DNA of 63,984 nucleotides, counting the filler, from an uncultured bacterium (lineage in GTDB: Bacteria > CAYJRR01): the NCBI GenBank assembly GCA_964372275.1. It is 3 parts of 3 records of this genome, joined end to end, with 100 filler letters (N's around TTAATTAATTAA, not from the genome) between each part and the next. Parts side by side here need not be neighbours in the genome. Positions count along the whole stretch, not along the records: positions 1 to 26,743 come from CAYJRR010000061.1; positions 26,844 to 53,333 come from CAYJRR010000062.1; 1 more part is not named here. One strand, 5' to 3'. Within the stretch, counting starts at the first letter, position 1. Each line of letters begins with the position of its first letter. The translations under genes and the position numbers were made by a program. The notes under the pieces were generated by a model. That model saw nothing but the letters and a program-made list of their open reading frames with translations. It was not told where the DNA came from and did not search any database. This document shows positions 21,522 to 31,127 of this stretch, in pieces.

Positions 21522-22194
21522 CCGCCATCCGGATGCGTTGCTCGCGCGTCGCCGGCGCGAACGACGATCCGGCGTCGTAGCAGAGGGCGTAGGAGACGTC
21601 GGCGCCGAGCGTCAGCGTCGATCCGAGGTAGAGGATCTCGATCGTCCCCTGCCCCTCCTCGACGTCGGGCGAGGCAGGATCGGTCCAGACTCCGTCGAAG
21701 CTGCCGGTACCCGACTCCCCCTGCGACGTGGAGAGGTTGCCGGCGGTGTCGATCAGGAAGTACTCCTGCGCCTGGGCGTCCGCGAACGCGACCTCCCCTC
21801 CGATGGCGAGCGGGCCGTCCTCGTTGACCGTGAGCACGAAGCTGCCGGACGTGGCGAGGATCGAGGCAGCCCCGACGTGGGAGGCGAGGTCGTAGTCGTC
21901 GACGAACGCCCCGACCACGTTGGTGAACCCCTCCGGATCGCCGACGAAGTAGCCGGCGGTACCCGTCACCCACCTCGCCGCCGGGGCGTCGAGGACGTAG
22001 TAGTCGATCACCTGCGTCTGATCCGGGGGATCGCGGGTGACCCAGACGATCTGACAGCCGACCGGTTCGAACTCCGTCGGCTCCGGCGTCGGATCCGTGC
22101 CATCGTCGTCGTCGCCATCGCCGGAGCAGGCGCCCGCCGCCACGGCGAGCGCCAGCGTGATCGGCAGCGCGGCGCGGAGTCCCCGGCGGAGCAT
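21493..22194 (-). CDS. lipoprotein B of tandem array
   Basis: AGAC lipobox; CQIVW, W.TG, ATSGSF, FDGVWTDP, YALC. Confidence 0.85.
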   Translation of the reverse strand: MLRRGLRAALPITLALAVAAGACSGDGDDDDGTDPTPEPTEFEPVGCQIVWVTRDPPDQTQVIDYYVLDAPAARWVTGTAGYFVGDPEGFTNVVGAFVDDYDLASHVGAASILATSGSFVLTVNEDGPLAIGGEVAFADAQAQEYFLIDTAGNLSTSQGESGTGSFDGVWTDPASPDVEEGQGTIEILYLGSTLTLGADVSYALCYDAGSSFAPATREQRIRMAGDRAASALR

Positions 22195-22209
22195 CGAATC
22201 GACGGCCCT

Positions 22210-22866
22210 CTACTTCCGCGTTCGAGGAAGCCGGATGCGGACCCCCGAATGGATCTCGTCGCCCGTTTCCGCCACCGGCTGGCACTGCGCGTAGCGCGTG
22301 TAGGTGCCGATCGTCAGGCTCGAGCCGTGGTAGACGAATTCGACCAGTCCCGAACCCGGCGTCGGGATGTCGGCGTTGTTCGCCGACCAGACGCCGTCGA
22401 AATCGGCCTCCCCCCCGGACCCGATCACCGGACCGTTGACTTGGTCCAGGCTGTTGACGTCGAAGTAGACCTTGCCGCCGGTGTCGAGCAGCGAGACGGC
22501 GCTGCCGACCGCCAAGCTGCCGCTCGAGACGGTGACCGTCAGCGTCCCGTTGGTCGCCATCGCCCGGGCGACGTACTCCCCGGAGTCGGGCTCGTACTCG
22601 TCGTAGAAGAGCGCGAACCGCCCCTGCGTCCGGTCGAGGGCCTTGGTTCCGGAGGTCCAGTCGTGGTCGAACATCGCCACGACGTAGAGATCGAACCGTC
22701 CGACGTTTGCACCGTGCGCCGACCAGAGGATCTGACAGGACGGGGTCGTCTGCTCGCTCGCCTCGTAGTCCTCGTTCTTCTCCTTCTCGCACGCGAGCAA
22801 CCCGACGAGGCTCGCGAGCGCGAGCGTGGTCAGCAGCAGTCCCGTTCGCCGGCCGTTGGCTGCCAT
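22210..22866 (-). CDS. lipoprotein C of tandem array
   Basis: LLAC lipobox; CQILW, WTSG, ATNGTL, FDGVWS, YAQC; GGAGGAG SD. Confidence 0.85.
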   Translation of the reverse strand: MAANGRRTGLLLTTLALASLVGLLACEKEKNEDYEASEQTTPSCQILWSAHGANVGRFDLYVVAMFDHDWTSGTKALDRTQGRFALFYDEYEPDSGEYVARAMATNGTLTVTVSSGSLAVGSAVSLLDTGGKVYFDVNSLDQVNGPVIGSGGEADFDGVWSANNADIPTPGSGLVEFVYHGSSLTIGTYTRYAQCQPVAETGDEIHSGVRIRLPRTRK

Positions 22867-22952
22867 CGTCCTCTCCTCCCGTCCGTCCGCTCCGCCCTTC
22901 GGGCGGACCGGAGAGCTCCCCGAAACTCCAGCAAGCATAGCGCGATCGGCGC

Positions 22953-23567
22953 TCACTCGTCCTCTTCGTCCTGTGCGCAGGTGGCGTAGGTGAGATCCTC
23001 CCCGAGGACGGTCGCCGTCCCCAGGATCACGATCCGGAACGAGCCGTCTCCGGGGACCACGTCGGAGGAGTACGGATCGCTCCAGACGCCGGTGAAGGTG
23101 CCGGTTCCGGAGGTGCCCGAAGGGACCGACGGCGAACCGGCGGTGTCGAGGAGATAGACCGGCTGCGCGCTGGAGTCGGCGAACGCGATCGAGGCCCCCG
23201 CGGTGACGGCCGGAACGGTGAGCGCGAACGTCCCGCTGGTGACGACGGCCTGCAGGTCGAACGTGCCGTCGTCGAGGTCGTAGCCGCGCACGTAGGTCCC
23301 GACGAAGCCATCCTCCGCCGAGAGCGCGTATCCGTGGGAGGAGCCGGTGACCCACGCCGCGACCGCACCCGAGAGGCGGAAGAAGTCGATCCGCTCCCCT
23401 TCCGCCGAGTTGATCCAGAGGATCTCGCACCGGTCGGCCGGGAACGGCTCGGTCGGCGACGGCGTCGGCTCCGTTCCGCCGTTCTCCTCCTCGCCGGCGC
23501 ACGCCCCCACGGCGATCCCGACGGCGATCGTCCAACCCAGGATTCGACTCCGGCGTGGCGTCCTCAT
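22953..23567 (-). CDS. lipoprotein D of tandem array
   Basis: VGAC lipobox; CEILW, WVTG, VTSGTF, FTGVWSDP, YATC. Confidence 0.85.
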   Translation of the reverse strand: MRTPRRSRILGWTIAVGIAVGACAGEEENGGTEPTPSPTEPFPADRCEILWINSAEGERIDFFRLSGAVAAWVTGSSHGYALSAEDGFVGTYVRGYDLDDGTFDLQAVVTSGTFALTVPAVTAGASIAFADSSAQPVYLLDTAGSPSVPSGTSGTGTFTGVWSDPYSSDVVPGDGSFRIVILGTATVLGEDLTYATCAQDEEDE

Positions 23568-24175
23568 TCGGCGGTCTGGCTCCGGTCGTAGCAGATTCCG
23601 AACAACGTGTGGGTTCCGATCGTCAGCGACGTCCCGTGGTAGACGAGGATCACCTGGCCGTCCCCGGGCGTCGGCAGCACGTCGGGATCGGGATCGGACC
23701 ACACCCCCTCGAAGCTCGCGGCGCCTCCGCTGCCGACCTGGGCGCCGATCACGTTGTCGCCGTCCATCTCGAAGAAGACCTGCCCCCCGGAGTCGGTCAG
23801 CGCCACCGCGGACCCTTCGGCCGTCGAATCGGTCGTGACGCTGAACGTCCCGCCGGTGGTGACGGCGCGCGCGACGTACTCGTCGGAGTCGACGTCGTAC
23901 TCGTCGAAGAAATAGGCGAGCCGCTCCTTCCCCGTCGGGGTGAGACCATAGCCCTTCTCACCCGAGGTCCAGTTCTCGATCGGCATGTCGAGGATGTAGA
24001 TGTCGTACCGGCCGGCGTTGCTCCCGGTGCTGGCCCAGAAGATCTGGCAGTCGGTCACCTCGTCGCCGTTGTCTCCGCCGCCGTCGTCGTCGCCGCCGCG
24101 ACAACCCGCGATCGACGCCGCGAGGGCGCATCCCCACAGGGCCGCCTGCCATCGAACGAGATCTCGCCGCGTCAC
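23564..24175 (-). CDS. lipoprotein E of tandem array
   Basis: GTG start overlapping upstream stop; IAGC lipobox; CQIFW, WTSG, TTGGTF, FEGVWSDP, FGIC. Confidence 0.85.
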   Translation of the reverse strand: MTRRDLVRWQAALWGCALAASIAGCRGGDDDGGGDNGDEVTDCQIFWASTGSNAGRYDIYILDMPIENWTSGEKGYGLTPTGKERLAYFFDEYDVDSDEYVARAVTTGGTFSVTTDSTAEGSAVALTDSGGQVFFEMDGDNVIGAQVGSGGAASFEGVWSDPDPDVLPTPGDGQVILVYHGTSLTIGTHTLFGICYDRSQTAE

Positions 24176-24849
24176 CGGTCCCCCCCTCGAGGCGCTTCGC
24201 TTGGAAGCTCGTAACAGATTCCGAAGGTCAGAAGCGATCCGAGCGAGCCCAAGTCGGATCCGTTCACCAGGTTCGGGAACGCGACCTCCCCTTCGCCCGC
24301 GGACACATCGCTCGAGTCGAGCGCATCCGGGTCGGACCACACCCCGGAGAACGATCCGATCCCGCCGGACCCCAGCGATGCCCCGAGGGTCCCTTCGTCG
24401 ACGTCGTAGGCGAAGTATTGGGTCTTCGCCGGCTGCTGAAAGCCGACCGCGTCCCCTTCCGAGGTCCCCTCCGACGTCACCTGGAAGGTGCCGTTGGTGG
24501 CGATTCCGACGGCCACGGCGTCCTCGAGTTCGCCGCCCGCCTCGACCCCGTAGAAGAACAGGCCCAGGTTGCCGCCGGCGCCGTCGACTTCGAAGCCGTA
24601 ACTTCCGTCGGCCCAGTTCTCGACCGGAAGGTCGACGACGTAGACGTTGTAGACGTCGCTTCCCGCCGAGTTCGGACCGTACCACTCGATCAGGCAGCCG
24701 TCGGGCTGGAACGCACCGTCGGAGCCGGACGATTCGTCGTCACCGGCATCCCCGCCGCCGCCGCACGCGATCGCCGACAGCATCGCCAGACACACCGCCG
24801 CCGGATGCGCGCGTCGGAAGGAACGTCGTTTGGGCAGGTCTTTCCACAT
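24172..24849 (-). CDS. lipoprotein F of tandem array
   Basis: AIAC lipobox; CLIEW, VENWADG, ATNGTF, FSGVWSDP, FGIC. Confidence 0.82.
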   Translation of the reverse strand: MWKDLPKRRSFRRAHPAAVCLAMLSAIACGGGGDAGDDESSGSDGAFQPDGCLIEWYGPNSAGSDVYNVYVVDLPVENWADGSYGFEVDGAGGNLGLFFYGVEAGGELEDAVAVGIATNGTFQVTSEGTSEGDAVGFQQPAKTQYFAYDVDEGTLGASLGSGGIGSFSGVWSDPDALDSSDVSAGEGEVAFPNLVNGSDLGSLGSLLTFGICYELPSEAPRGGDR

Positions 24850-25096
24850 GACGAGGCACGGAAGAACGCCCGATTCGCGGGGCCAGGCCCGGGCGGGCGC
24901 CCCGCCCTGGCGCCCGCGCGCGGTCGGGAGGCGACATAGTGCCGGTCTTTGGCGTAGCGAAACACATCCCTGGCCAGCATTTTCTGTAGCTGATCTNNNN
25001 NNNNNNTCCCACCTGACGCGGCACGGAAGACCGCCCGATCCGCGCGGCACGGCCGGCGCGCCCGCCCGGCCTTGCCGCGCTCACTCGATCGGAAGG

Positions 25097-25804
25097 CTAC
25101 TTCTTCCGGATCTTGGCCTTCGCGAAACGACCGATCCGGTTGGCCGGCGTGCTCGAGGCAAAGCCGCTCTCCTCGTAGCAGGCGCCGAGCGCACCGTCGG
25201 TGCCGATCGCCCCGAGGTTCGAGCCGTTGACCAGGTTGGAGAAGGTGACGGTGCCGTCGCCGAAGGTGGCCTCGGCGTCGTCGTCCTCGAAGATGTCCGG
25301 ATCCGACCAGACGCCGTCGAAATCACCGACGCCGCCGGAACCGAGCGAGGCGCCGATCGTCTCGTCCTCGAAGTCGAAGTCGTAGTACTTCGTCTTGGCC
25401 GACTGCTCCCAGGTCACCGCGTCGTCCTGCTGGTCGCCTTCGCTCGTGACGGTGAAGGTGCCGTTGGTGGCAATCCCGGCCTTTTCCGCGTCGGTCAGGA
25501 GGGCCGTTTCGAGCGGGATCTTGTAGAAGACCGCGCCCAGGTTGGCCGAGTCGGAGTAGTCGCCGGTGCCGTCGGCCCAGTTCTCGACCGGCATGTCGAT
25601 GCGGTAGGCGTGGAAGTTCTCCTCGTCCGCCGTGAGGGAGTACCAGTCGATGAGGCAGCGATCGGGCTCGAAGGGCGGAGGGGTGGTTCCGTCGTCGTCG
25701 TCGTCGTCACCGCCGGCGCAGGCACTGACACCCAGGGCCATTGCGCTGCCCGCCGCCAGAAGCAGCGAAAGGGAAAGGTTCTTCTTCGAAATCATCTCGG
25801 CCAT
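25097..25804 (-). CDS. lipoprotein G (first gene) of tandem array
   Basis: VSAC lipobox; CLIDW, VENWADG, ATNGTF, FDGVWSDP, LGAC; AGGAGG SD. Confidence 0.87.
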   Translation of the reverse strand: MAEMISKKNLSLSLLLAAGSAMALGVSACAGGDDDDDDGTTPPPFEPDRCLIDWYSLTADEENFHAYRIDMPVENWADGTGDYSDSANLGAVFYKIPLETALLTDAEKAGIATNGTFTVTSEGDQQDDAVTWEQSAKTKYYDFDFEDETIGASLGSGGVGDFDGVWSDPDIFEDDDAEATFGDGTVTFSNLVNGSNLGAIGTDGALGACYEESGFASSTPANRIGRFAKAKIRKK

Positions 25805-25908
25805 CCTCCTGATCAGATTGGGTCGGCGGTCCCGTGCCCCCTCACCCGCGTTTTGCGGGGGGCACTTAAGGCTTTTTCACGGACGACTGTCAAGGTTTCT
25901 GGGAATCG

Positions 25909-25924
25909 TGCAAGGAGCCGGCCA
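25909..25924 (-). promoter_or_regulatory. sigma54 (-24/-12) promoter facing the lipoprotein array
   Basis: Minus strand TGGCCGGCTCCTTGCA = GG-N10-GC with TGGC and TTGCA cores, about 105 nt upstream of 25804. Confidence 0.7.
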
Positions 25925-26079
25925 CCAAGGCGTTCGCGCATCTCCCCGATTTCCGGGAGGGGCGCCGCAGACGAAGCGTCCGCGCGCCGGGCGCGGGCCG
26001 AAAACCGGGCGCCGATGTCATAGCCCTCCAGAAGGACGTGGCGTTCGTTTCAGCCTTTTCGGTTAAGATCCCGGAAGAT

Positions 26080-26743
26080 ATGGGCGACCGCGACGTCATC
26101 CCGCAGGAAGTCACCAACGACTCCCCCACGCAGGTCAAATACGTCGACGGAAAGGCGGCCTCGCTCTCACTGATCAAGAGCCGTCTCGTCGTGATCGACG
26201 GGCCGGACCGCGGCAAGGAGATGGTCGTCGGCAAGGACGTCATCAAGATCGGCACCTTCAAGGGCTGCGATTTCGTCCTCACCGACAAGACGATCTCCCG
26301 GACCCATTGCGAGATCCGGACGATGGAGGACGGCTTCATCCTCCGCGACGAGTCGTCGACCAACGGCACCGTCCTCGACGGATACAAGGTGCGCGAGATC
26401 TACCTGAAGCCGGGGACGATCTTCCACGCCGGCAAGACGGCGATCCGCTTCCAGCCGCTCTCGGAACGGGTCGAGATCCCGCTCTCGAAGGAGACCCGCT
26501 TCGGCCACGTCATCGGCGGCTCGGTCAAGATGCGCGAGATGTTCGGGGTGCTGGAGAAGATCGCACCGACCGATCTCACGGTGTTGATCGAGGGGGAGAC
26601 CGGGACCGGCAAGGAGGTGGTGGCCCGGGCGATCCACCAGGGCTCGGCCCGGAAGAACAAGGCGTTCATCGTCGTCGACTGCGGCGCCATCCCGCGCAAC
26701 CTGATCGAGAGCGAGCTGTTCGGGCACGTGCGCGGCGCCTTCA
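26080..26743 (+). CDS. FHA-domain sigma54-dependent enhancer-binding protein, 3' partial
   Basis: FHA (ISRTHCEI, STNGT), Walker A GETGTGKE, ESELFGHVRGAF(T) GAFTGA motif; cut by contig end. Confidence 0.93.
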
Positions 26744-26843
26744 NNNNNNNNNNNNNNNNNNNNNNNNNNNNNNNNNNNNNNNNNNNNTTAATTAATTAAN
26801 NNNNNNNNNNNNNNNNNNNNNNNNNNNNNNNNNNNNNNNNNNN
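26744..26843. other. artificial contig linker
   Basis: N run - TTAATTAATTAA (six-frame stops) - N run. Confidence 0.97.
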
Positions 26844-27790
26844 TGCTCGGGCCGCTTCGCCAGCGCCTTGAGGATGATCGCCTCGAGCGCCTCGGGGCAC
26901 TCCGGTCGGACCTCGCGCAGCCTCGGCGGCGCCTCCTGCGCGTGGAGCATCGCCAGACGCACCAGGCTGTCGGCGCGGAACGGAAGCTTGCCGGTGAACA
27001 GCTCGAACAGCACCACCCCGAGCGAATAGATATCGCTGACCGCCGTCACCTCGCGGCCGTCGGCGAGCTCGGGGCTCATGTACTGCGGCGTTCCGCTGAA
27101 GCCGACCGTCTGGCTCGTCGCCGCCGACAGCCGGGCGAGTCCGAAGTCGACGAGTTTGGGCACGCCGTCGGAATCGAACAGCACGTTGTGCGGCTTCAGG
27201 TCGCGGTGGATGATCCCCTTCTCGTGCGCGGCGGTGAGACCGTCGCAGACGCCGATCGCGATTCGCAGCGCCTCGTCGAGCGGGATCGGTCCCTTCGCCA
27301 GCCGCTCGGCGAGCGAGCCGCCGGCGAGGATCTCCATCGAGATGAACCCCTCGCCGTCCGCCAGACCGAAGTCGTGGATGCGGATGACGTTGGGATGGGT
27401 GATCCGCCGCGCGGTGATGATCTCGCGCTTCAGCCGCTCGACGTCGCCGGAGTCCTGGGTGTAGGGGGTTTGCAGGACCTTGATCGCGATCTCCTCGCCG
27501 ATCTCACGGTCGAGCGCGCGGTAGACGAGCCCCATCCCCCCCTTGCCGAGCATCGCGAGCAGGTCGTAGCGGCCGGCGATCCGATTCCCGGGCTGCGGCG
27601 CCGCGACCGGCTGCGCGATCCCGGGACCGGAGGTCACCACCGAGACCGGCGCCTGTGACGGGCGCGAGGCCGAAAGCGATGCCGCCGACGGGGACGGGGC
27701 GTGCGACGGGGCGATGGTGGGCAGCGAGCCGCAGGAGAGACATTGCGCCGCGTCGTCGGGATTGGCATGCGAGCAGACGGGACAGATCAC
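26844..27790 (-). CDS. Ser/Thr protein kinase with N-terminal zinc ribbon, 3' partial
   Basis: CPVC..CLSC; LGKGGMG, AIK, HRDLKPHN, DFG, GTPQYMSPE. Confidence 0.95.
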
Positions 27791-27796
27791 GTGGCG

Positions 27797-29548
27797 TCAC
27801 CTCGAGATCGGGACCTGGCCGGTGCCGGAGGAGGAGGAGACCCACCACGAACGGACCGCCTGCGCCCGGTTCTTCACCTGGCGTTCGCCCGCCGGCTCGC
27901 ACTCGAACAGGTCCTTCACCAGCTCGTAGGTCGCCTCGCCGATCTGGATCTTCCCCGCCTCGCCCGTCGTCTCCAGCCGGCTGGCGACGTTCACCGCGTC
28001 GCCGAGCACCGTGTACTCGAGCCGGCGCTTCGAGCCGATCATCCCCGAAACGACCTTGCCGGTGTTGACCCCGATGCGGATGGCGAGCTTTTCGTAGGCT
28101 GGATCCTCCGCGCGCAGGCGCTGGACGGTGTCCCGCATCTCGACCGCGGCGGTGACCGCCCGGACGGCGTCGATCTTGGTGCCGCGGCTGTAGGGGGCGC
28201 CGAACAGCGCCATGATCGCGTCGCCGATGTACTTGTCGAGCGTCCCGCCGTTCTTCTCCACCAGGATCTCGGTCATGCGGTCGAGGTAGCTGTCGAGGAA
28301 CCGCTTCACCTCGACCGGCGCCATCCGCTCCGAGAGCGCGGTGAACCCCTGGATGTCGGCGAACAGGATCGTCGCGTCCTGCTCCTGCGCCGACGCGGTC
28401 GGATCGAGCTTGCCGAGCTTCGCCTGCTCGTCGATGTGGTGGATGACGTCGGCGGAGAGGAACCGCGCCAGGTTCTTGCGCCGCTCCTCGACCGCTTGCA
28501 TCCGCTCCATCATCTGGAGGCGACCGATCTCGGAGGCGGCGTGGTAGCCGATCGCCGAGATCAGCTCGATGTGGTCCTCGCGAAACCGCGCCGCTTCCGA
28601 GGTGGTGTCGAGGTAGAGGTATCCGAGGATCTCGGATCCCGTCCACAGTGGGGCGCACAGCACCGAGCGGATGCCGTACATCGCCACGCTCTTCGCCTGC
28701 GCCAGCGCCTTGTCCTTGCGGGTGTCGACCGCCACCAGACCGACGCGTTTGGTCATCACCGTGTCGACGACCGTCCGGCTGACGCGCACCCCGGTGGCCG
28801 GCGTGTTCCCGGCGCCGGCGGTGATCTGGGCAATCTTGGTCTCGACCCCACGGCCGTCGCGCAGCGCCAGCACGCCGTTGCTCGCACCGGTGGAGCGCAT
28901 CGCCAGCTGCACGGCGATCGTCCCGACCGCGCCGACGTCGGTGCAGACCCGCATCTCGTCGGCGATCCGCACCAGCTTCAGCAGGTGCCCGGCGACGACC
29001 GAGGCGTCGGCCGCCTCCGCCTCCTTGGACCCCGCATCTCCGGTGGAGGCGTCGGGGGAGGGGGGCTTCTCCGCGGCTAGGCGGGTCAGCGATTGCCGGG
29101 TGTCGCTGGCGAGCTTCGAGACGTCGAGGTTCCGCGCGCCGAGCATCGTGCGCAACAGCCCCCCGCTCTCCACCGGCCGCTCGGCGAGGATCGACGACTC
29201 GATCTCGCTGTCGTCCCGCAGCGTCGGCGCCTCGTTCCCCGCCCCCTTGATGCCGGGCGCGTTCCCCTCGGCGTAGGTGACCGACTCATCGCCGAACAGG
29301 AGACGGTCGCCGTCCTCGAGCGTCTTCTCGGTGATCTTCAGCCGGTTGACGAACGTCCCGTGTGACGACCCCAGGTCGGTGAGGATCCACGCTCCGTTGC
29401 GGCGGGTGAGGCGCGCGTGCCGGCGCGAGACGAGCCGTCGCGCGAAGACCAGGTCGCAGTCCGGTTGACGGCCGATCAGGATCTCCCGATCGCCGAGCTC
29501 CATGAAGACGGTGTCACCGGCTTCGTTGCGAAAGGTCAGGTAGGGCAT
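27797..29548 (-). CDS. FHA-GAF-class III adenylate cyclase
   Basis: FHA (IGR, VSRRHA, SSHGT), GAF (SVLCAPL..GYLYLD), cyclase FADIQGFT, DKYIGDAIMA, YTVLGDAVNVASRLE with Lys/Thr typical of ATP specificity. Confidence 0.93.
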   Translation of the reverse strand: MPYLTFRNEAGDTVFMELGDREILIGRQPDCDLVFARRLVSRRHARLTRRNGAWILTDLGSSHGTFVNRLKITEKTLEDGDRLLFGDESVTYAEGNAPGIKGAGNEAPTLRDDSEIESSILAERPVESGGLLRTMLGARNLDVSKLASDTRQSLTRLAAEKPPSPDASTGDAGSKEAEAADASVVAGHLLKLVRIADEMRVCTDVGAVGTIAVQLAMRSTGASNGVLALRDGRGVETKIAQITAGAGNTPATGVRVSRTVVDTVMTKRVGLVAVDTRKDKALAQAKSVAMYGIRSVLCAPLWTGSEILGYLYLDTTSEAARFREDHIELISAIGYHAASEIGRLQMMERMQAVEERRKNLARFLSADVIHHIDEQAKLGKLDPTASAQEQDATILFADIQGFTALSERMAPVEVKRFLDSYLDRMTEILVEKNGGTLDKYIGDAIMALFGAPYSRGTKIDAVRAVTAAVEMRDTVQRLRAEDPAYEKLAIRIGVNTGKVVSGMIGSKRRLEYTVLGDAVNVASRLETTGEAGKIQIGEATYELVKDLFECEPAGERQVKNRAQAVRSWWVSSSSGTGQVPISR

Positions 29549-29680
29549 CGGACCGAAGAGCCCTACGTTACACCCGATCCGCCGATCAGAGGAGGTCGCT
29601 ACTCTCCCAGAGGAGATAGATCGCCGGGAAGGCGAGGAGCAGTCCGGCGAGCACCACGGGGGGCATCGGCATCCTCGCCG

Positions 29681-30277
29681 TCAGGCCGCCACGAGCGGTT
29701 CGAAGTGGATCGCCACGTACCGGTCGCCGCGGGCCGGTCGGGAGGCGAACGGTCCGGCGTGGGGACCGGTGTTGCTCCGCGGAACGGGGATCGGCAGGCA
29801 GTCGGCCGAGCCCGGATCGTCATCGCCGTAGGTCTTCTCGATCGCGCGGCGGATCTCCTCGCGTGTGGCGAAGACCGGCTCGATGTCGAGCTCGAGCAGG
29901 AAACGCAGGGCGTCGATCACGCGCAGGTCGCCCGGGTCGGTCATCGCCACCACCAACGTCGGCACGTCGAGCGCATCCTTGGCCGGGCGGAGCGCCAGGG
30001 GATAGACGAGGAATCGGCGCGCCACGTGACCCGGCATCGCCTTCACGGTTGACGGGTCGGCGTTTCGACCGGCGATCCGGATGAAGGGGAGTCCGTGCTG
30101 GAAGGCGAGCGTCTCGAACAGCTGCTCCTCCGAGAGGAACCGCCGCTCGATCATCACCTCGCCCAGGCGCTGCCCCGGCTTGCGGGAGCCCATGGCGGCG
30201 AGGAACTGCCATTCGGCGACGACGCCGCGCTGGACGAGGAGCTGTCCGAGCTTCGTATGCTGGGGCCTGCGATCCAT
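29681..30277 (-). CDS. stand-alone MshEN/GspE N-terminal domain protein
   Basis: KLGQLLVQRG and RLGEVMIERRFLSEEQLFETLAFQ tandem motifs; VVAMTDP; no ATPase domain. Confidence 0.8.
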   Translation of the reverse strand: MDRRPQHTKLGQLLVQRGVVAEWQFLAAMGSRKPGQRLGEVMIERRFLSEEQLFETLAFQHGLPFIRIAGRNADPSTVKAMPGHVARRFLVYPLALRPAKDALDVPTLVVAMTDPGDLRVIDALRFLLELDIEPVFATREEIRRAIEKTYGDDDPGSADCLPIPVPRSNTGPHAGPFASRPARGDRYVAIHFEPLVAA

Positions 30278-30475
30278 TCACGCTCTCCCGTCCGGGCTTC
30301 GACCAGCGCGAGGGCCAGCAGAATCCATGCCCACCCCCCCCGTTGTCAATTGGTTTTCGAAAGCAGGGGGTTGGATCGGTTCCGAGCCCGGCCGTTCCCG
30401 TGCGAGAGGTGAAAATTACGCGCTGCGGCGGAGATTCCTACACCGGTCGATCCGGGATACCGTCGGGCCGTCACC

Positions 30476-31078
30476 GTGACGGCCGGCGCGCACACGCTTC
30501 CATCGGGGCTTCCACAGCGGGTCGCGCTGTTCGGGGGGTCGTTCAACCCACCCCACGTCGGTCACGTGCTGATCGTCGCGTGGCTCCTGTCGACGGGCAA
30601 GGCCGAGGAGGTCTGGATGATCCCCACCGCGCGGCACCCGTTCGGCAAGGCGCTGGCGCCGTTCGACGATCGGATGCGGATGACGGAGGCTGCCTGCGCC
30701 CTCTTCGGCGCGAAGGCCAAGGTGCTCTCGATCGAAGCGGAGCGCGAAGGACCGTCGTACTCGATCGACACCGTCGAAGCGCTTCGCGCGAGGCATCCCG
30801 ACGTCCGGTTCTCGTGGGTGGTCGGGACCGACGTGGAGCGCGAAGGGCCGGGATGGCGGTCGTTCGATCGGCTACGAACCCTGGTCGAGTTGGTGGTCGT
30901 GCGCCGCGCCGGCGTCGACGGGAGCGAGCGCGAGGTGGACGCGCGGTCGCCGACGCCGCTCTTCCCGGCGATCGCGTCCTCCGAGGTGCGCGCCCGGATC
31001 GCCGCCGGCGAATCGATCGAGGGACTGGTTCCGGCCGGCGTACGCGCCTACATCGAGTCGCGCGGACTCTACCGATGA
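30476..31078 (+). CDS. nadD: nicotinate-nucleotide adenylyltransferase
   Basis: LFGGSFNPPHVGH, SYSIDT, VVGTD, IASSEVR, YIESRGLY. Confidence 0.92.
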   Translation: MTAGAHTLPSGLPQRVALFGGSFNPPHVGHVLIVAWLLSTGKAEEVWMIPTARHPFGKALAPFDDRMRMTEAACALFGAKAKVLSIEAEREGPSYSIDTVEALRARHPDVRFSWVVGTDVEREGPGWRSFDRLRTLVELVVVRRAGVDGSEREVDARSPTPLFPAIASSEVRARIAAGESIEGLVPAGVRAYIESRGLYR

Positions 31079-31127
31079 GGCGCCACTCGCCTTGCAAACG
31101 GCGAACGTGCTGGGGAAAATAGGCGGC

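Noticed and set aside
24843-25150. Imperfect direct repeat flanking the short N gap inside the lipoprotein array
   Set aside because: 24843-24996 and 25007-25150 are mutually degraded copies that decay toward the gap, typical of overlapping low-quality read ends; likely an assembly artefact rather than a repeat or recombination site
25690-25710. GTC trinucleotide run as a phase-variable repeat
   Set aside because: Encodes an in-frame poly-Asp linker after the lipobox, seen in several paralogs; length change would not shift frame
26744-26843. Apparent convergent EBP and kinase pair around an AT-rich palindrome
   Set aside because: TTAATTAATTAA within N runs is a concatenation linker; the genes are on different contigs
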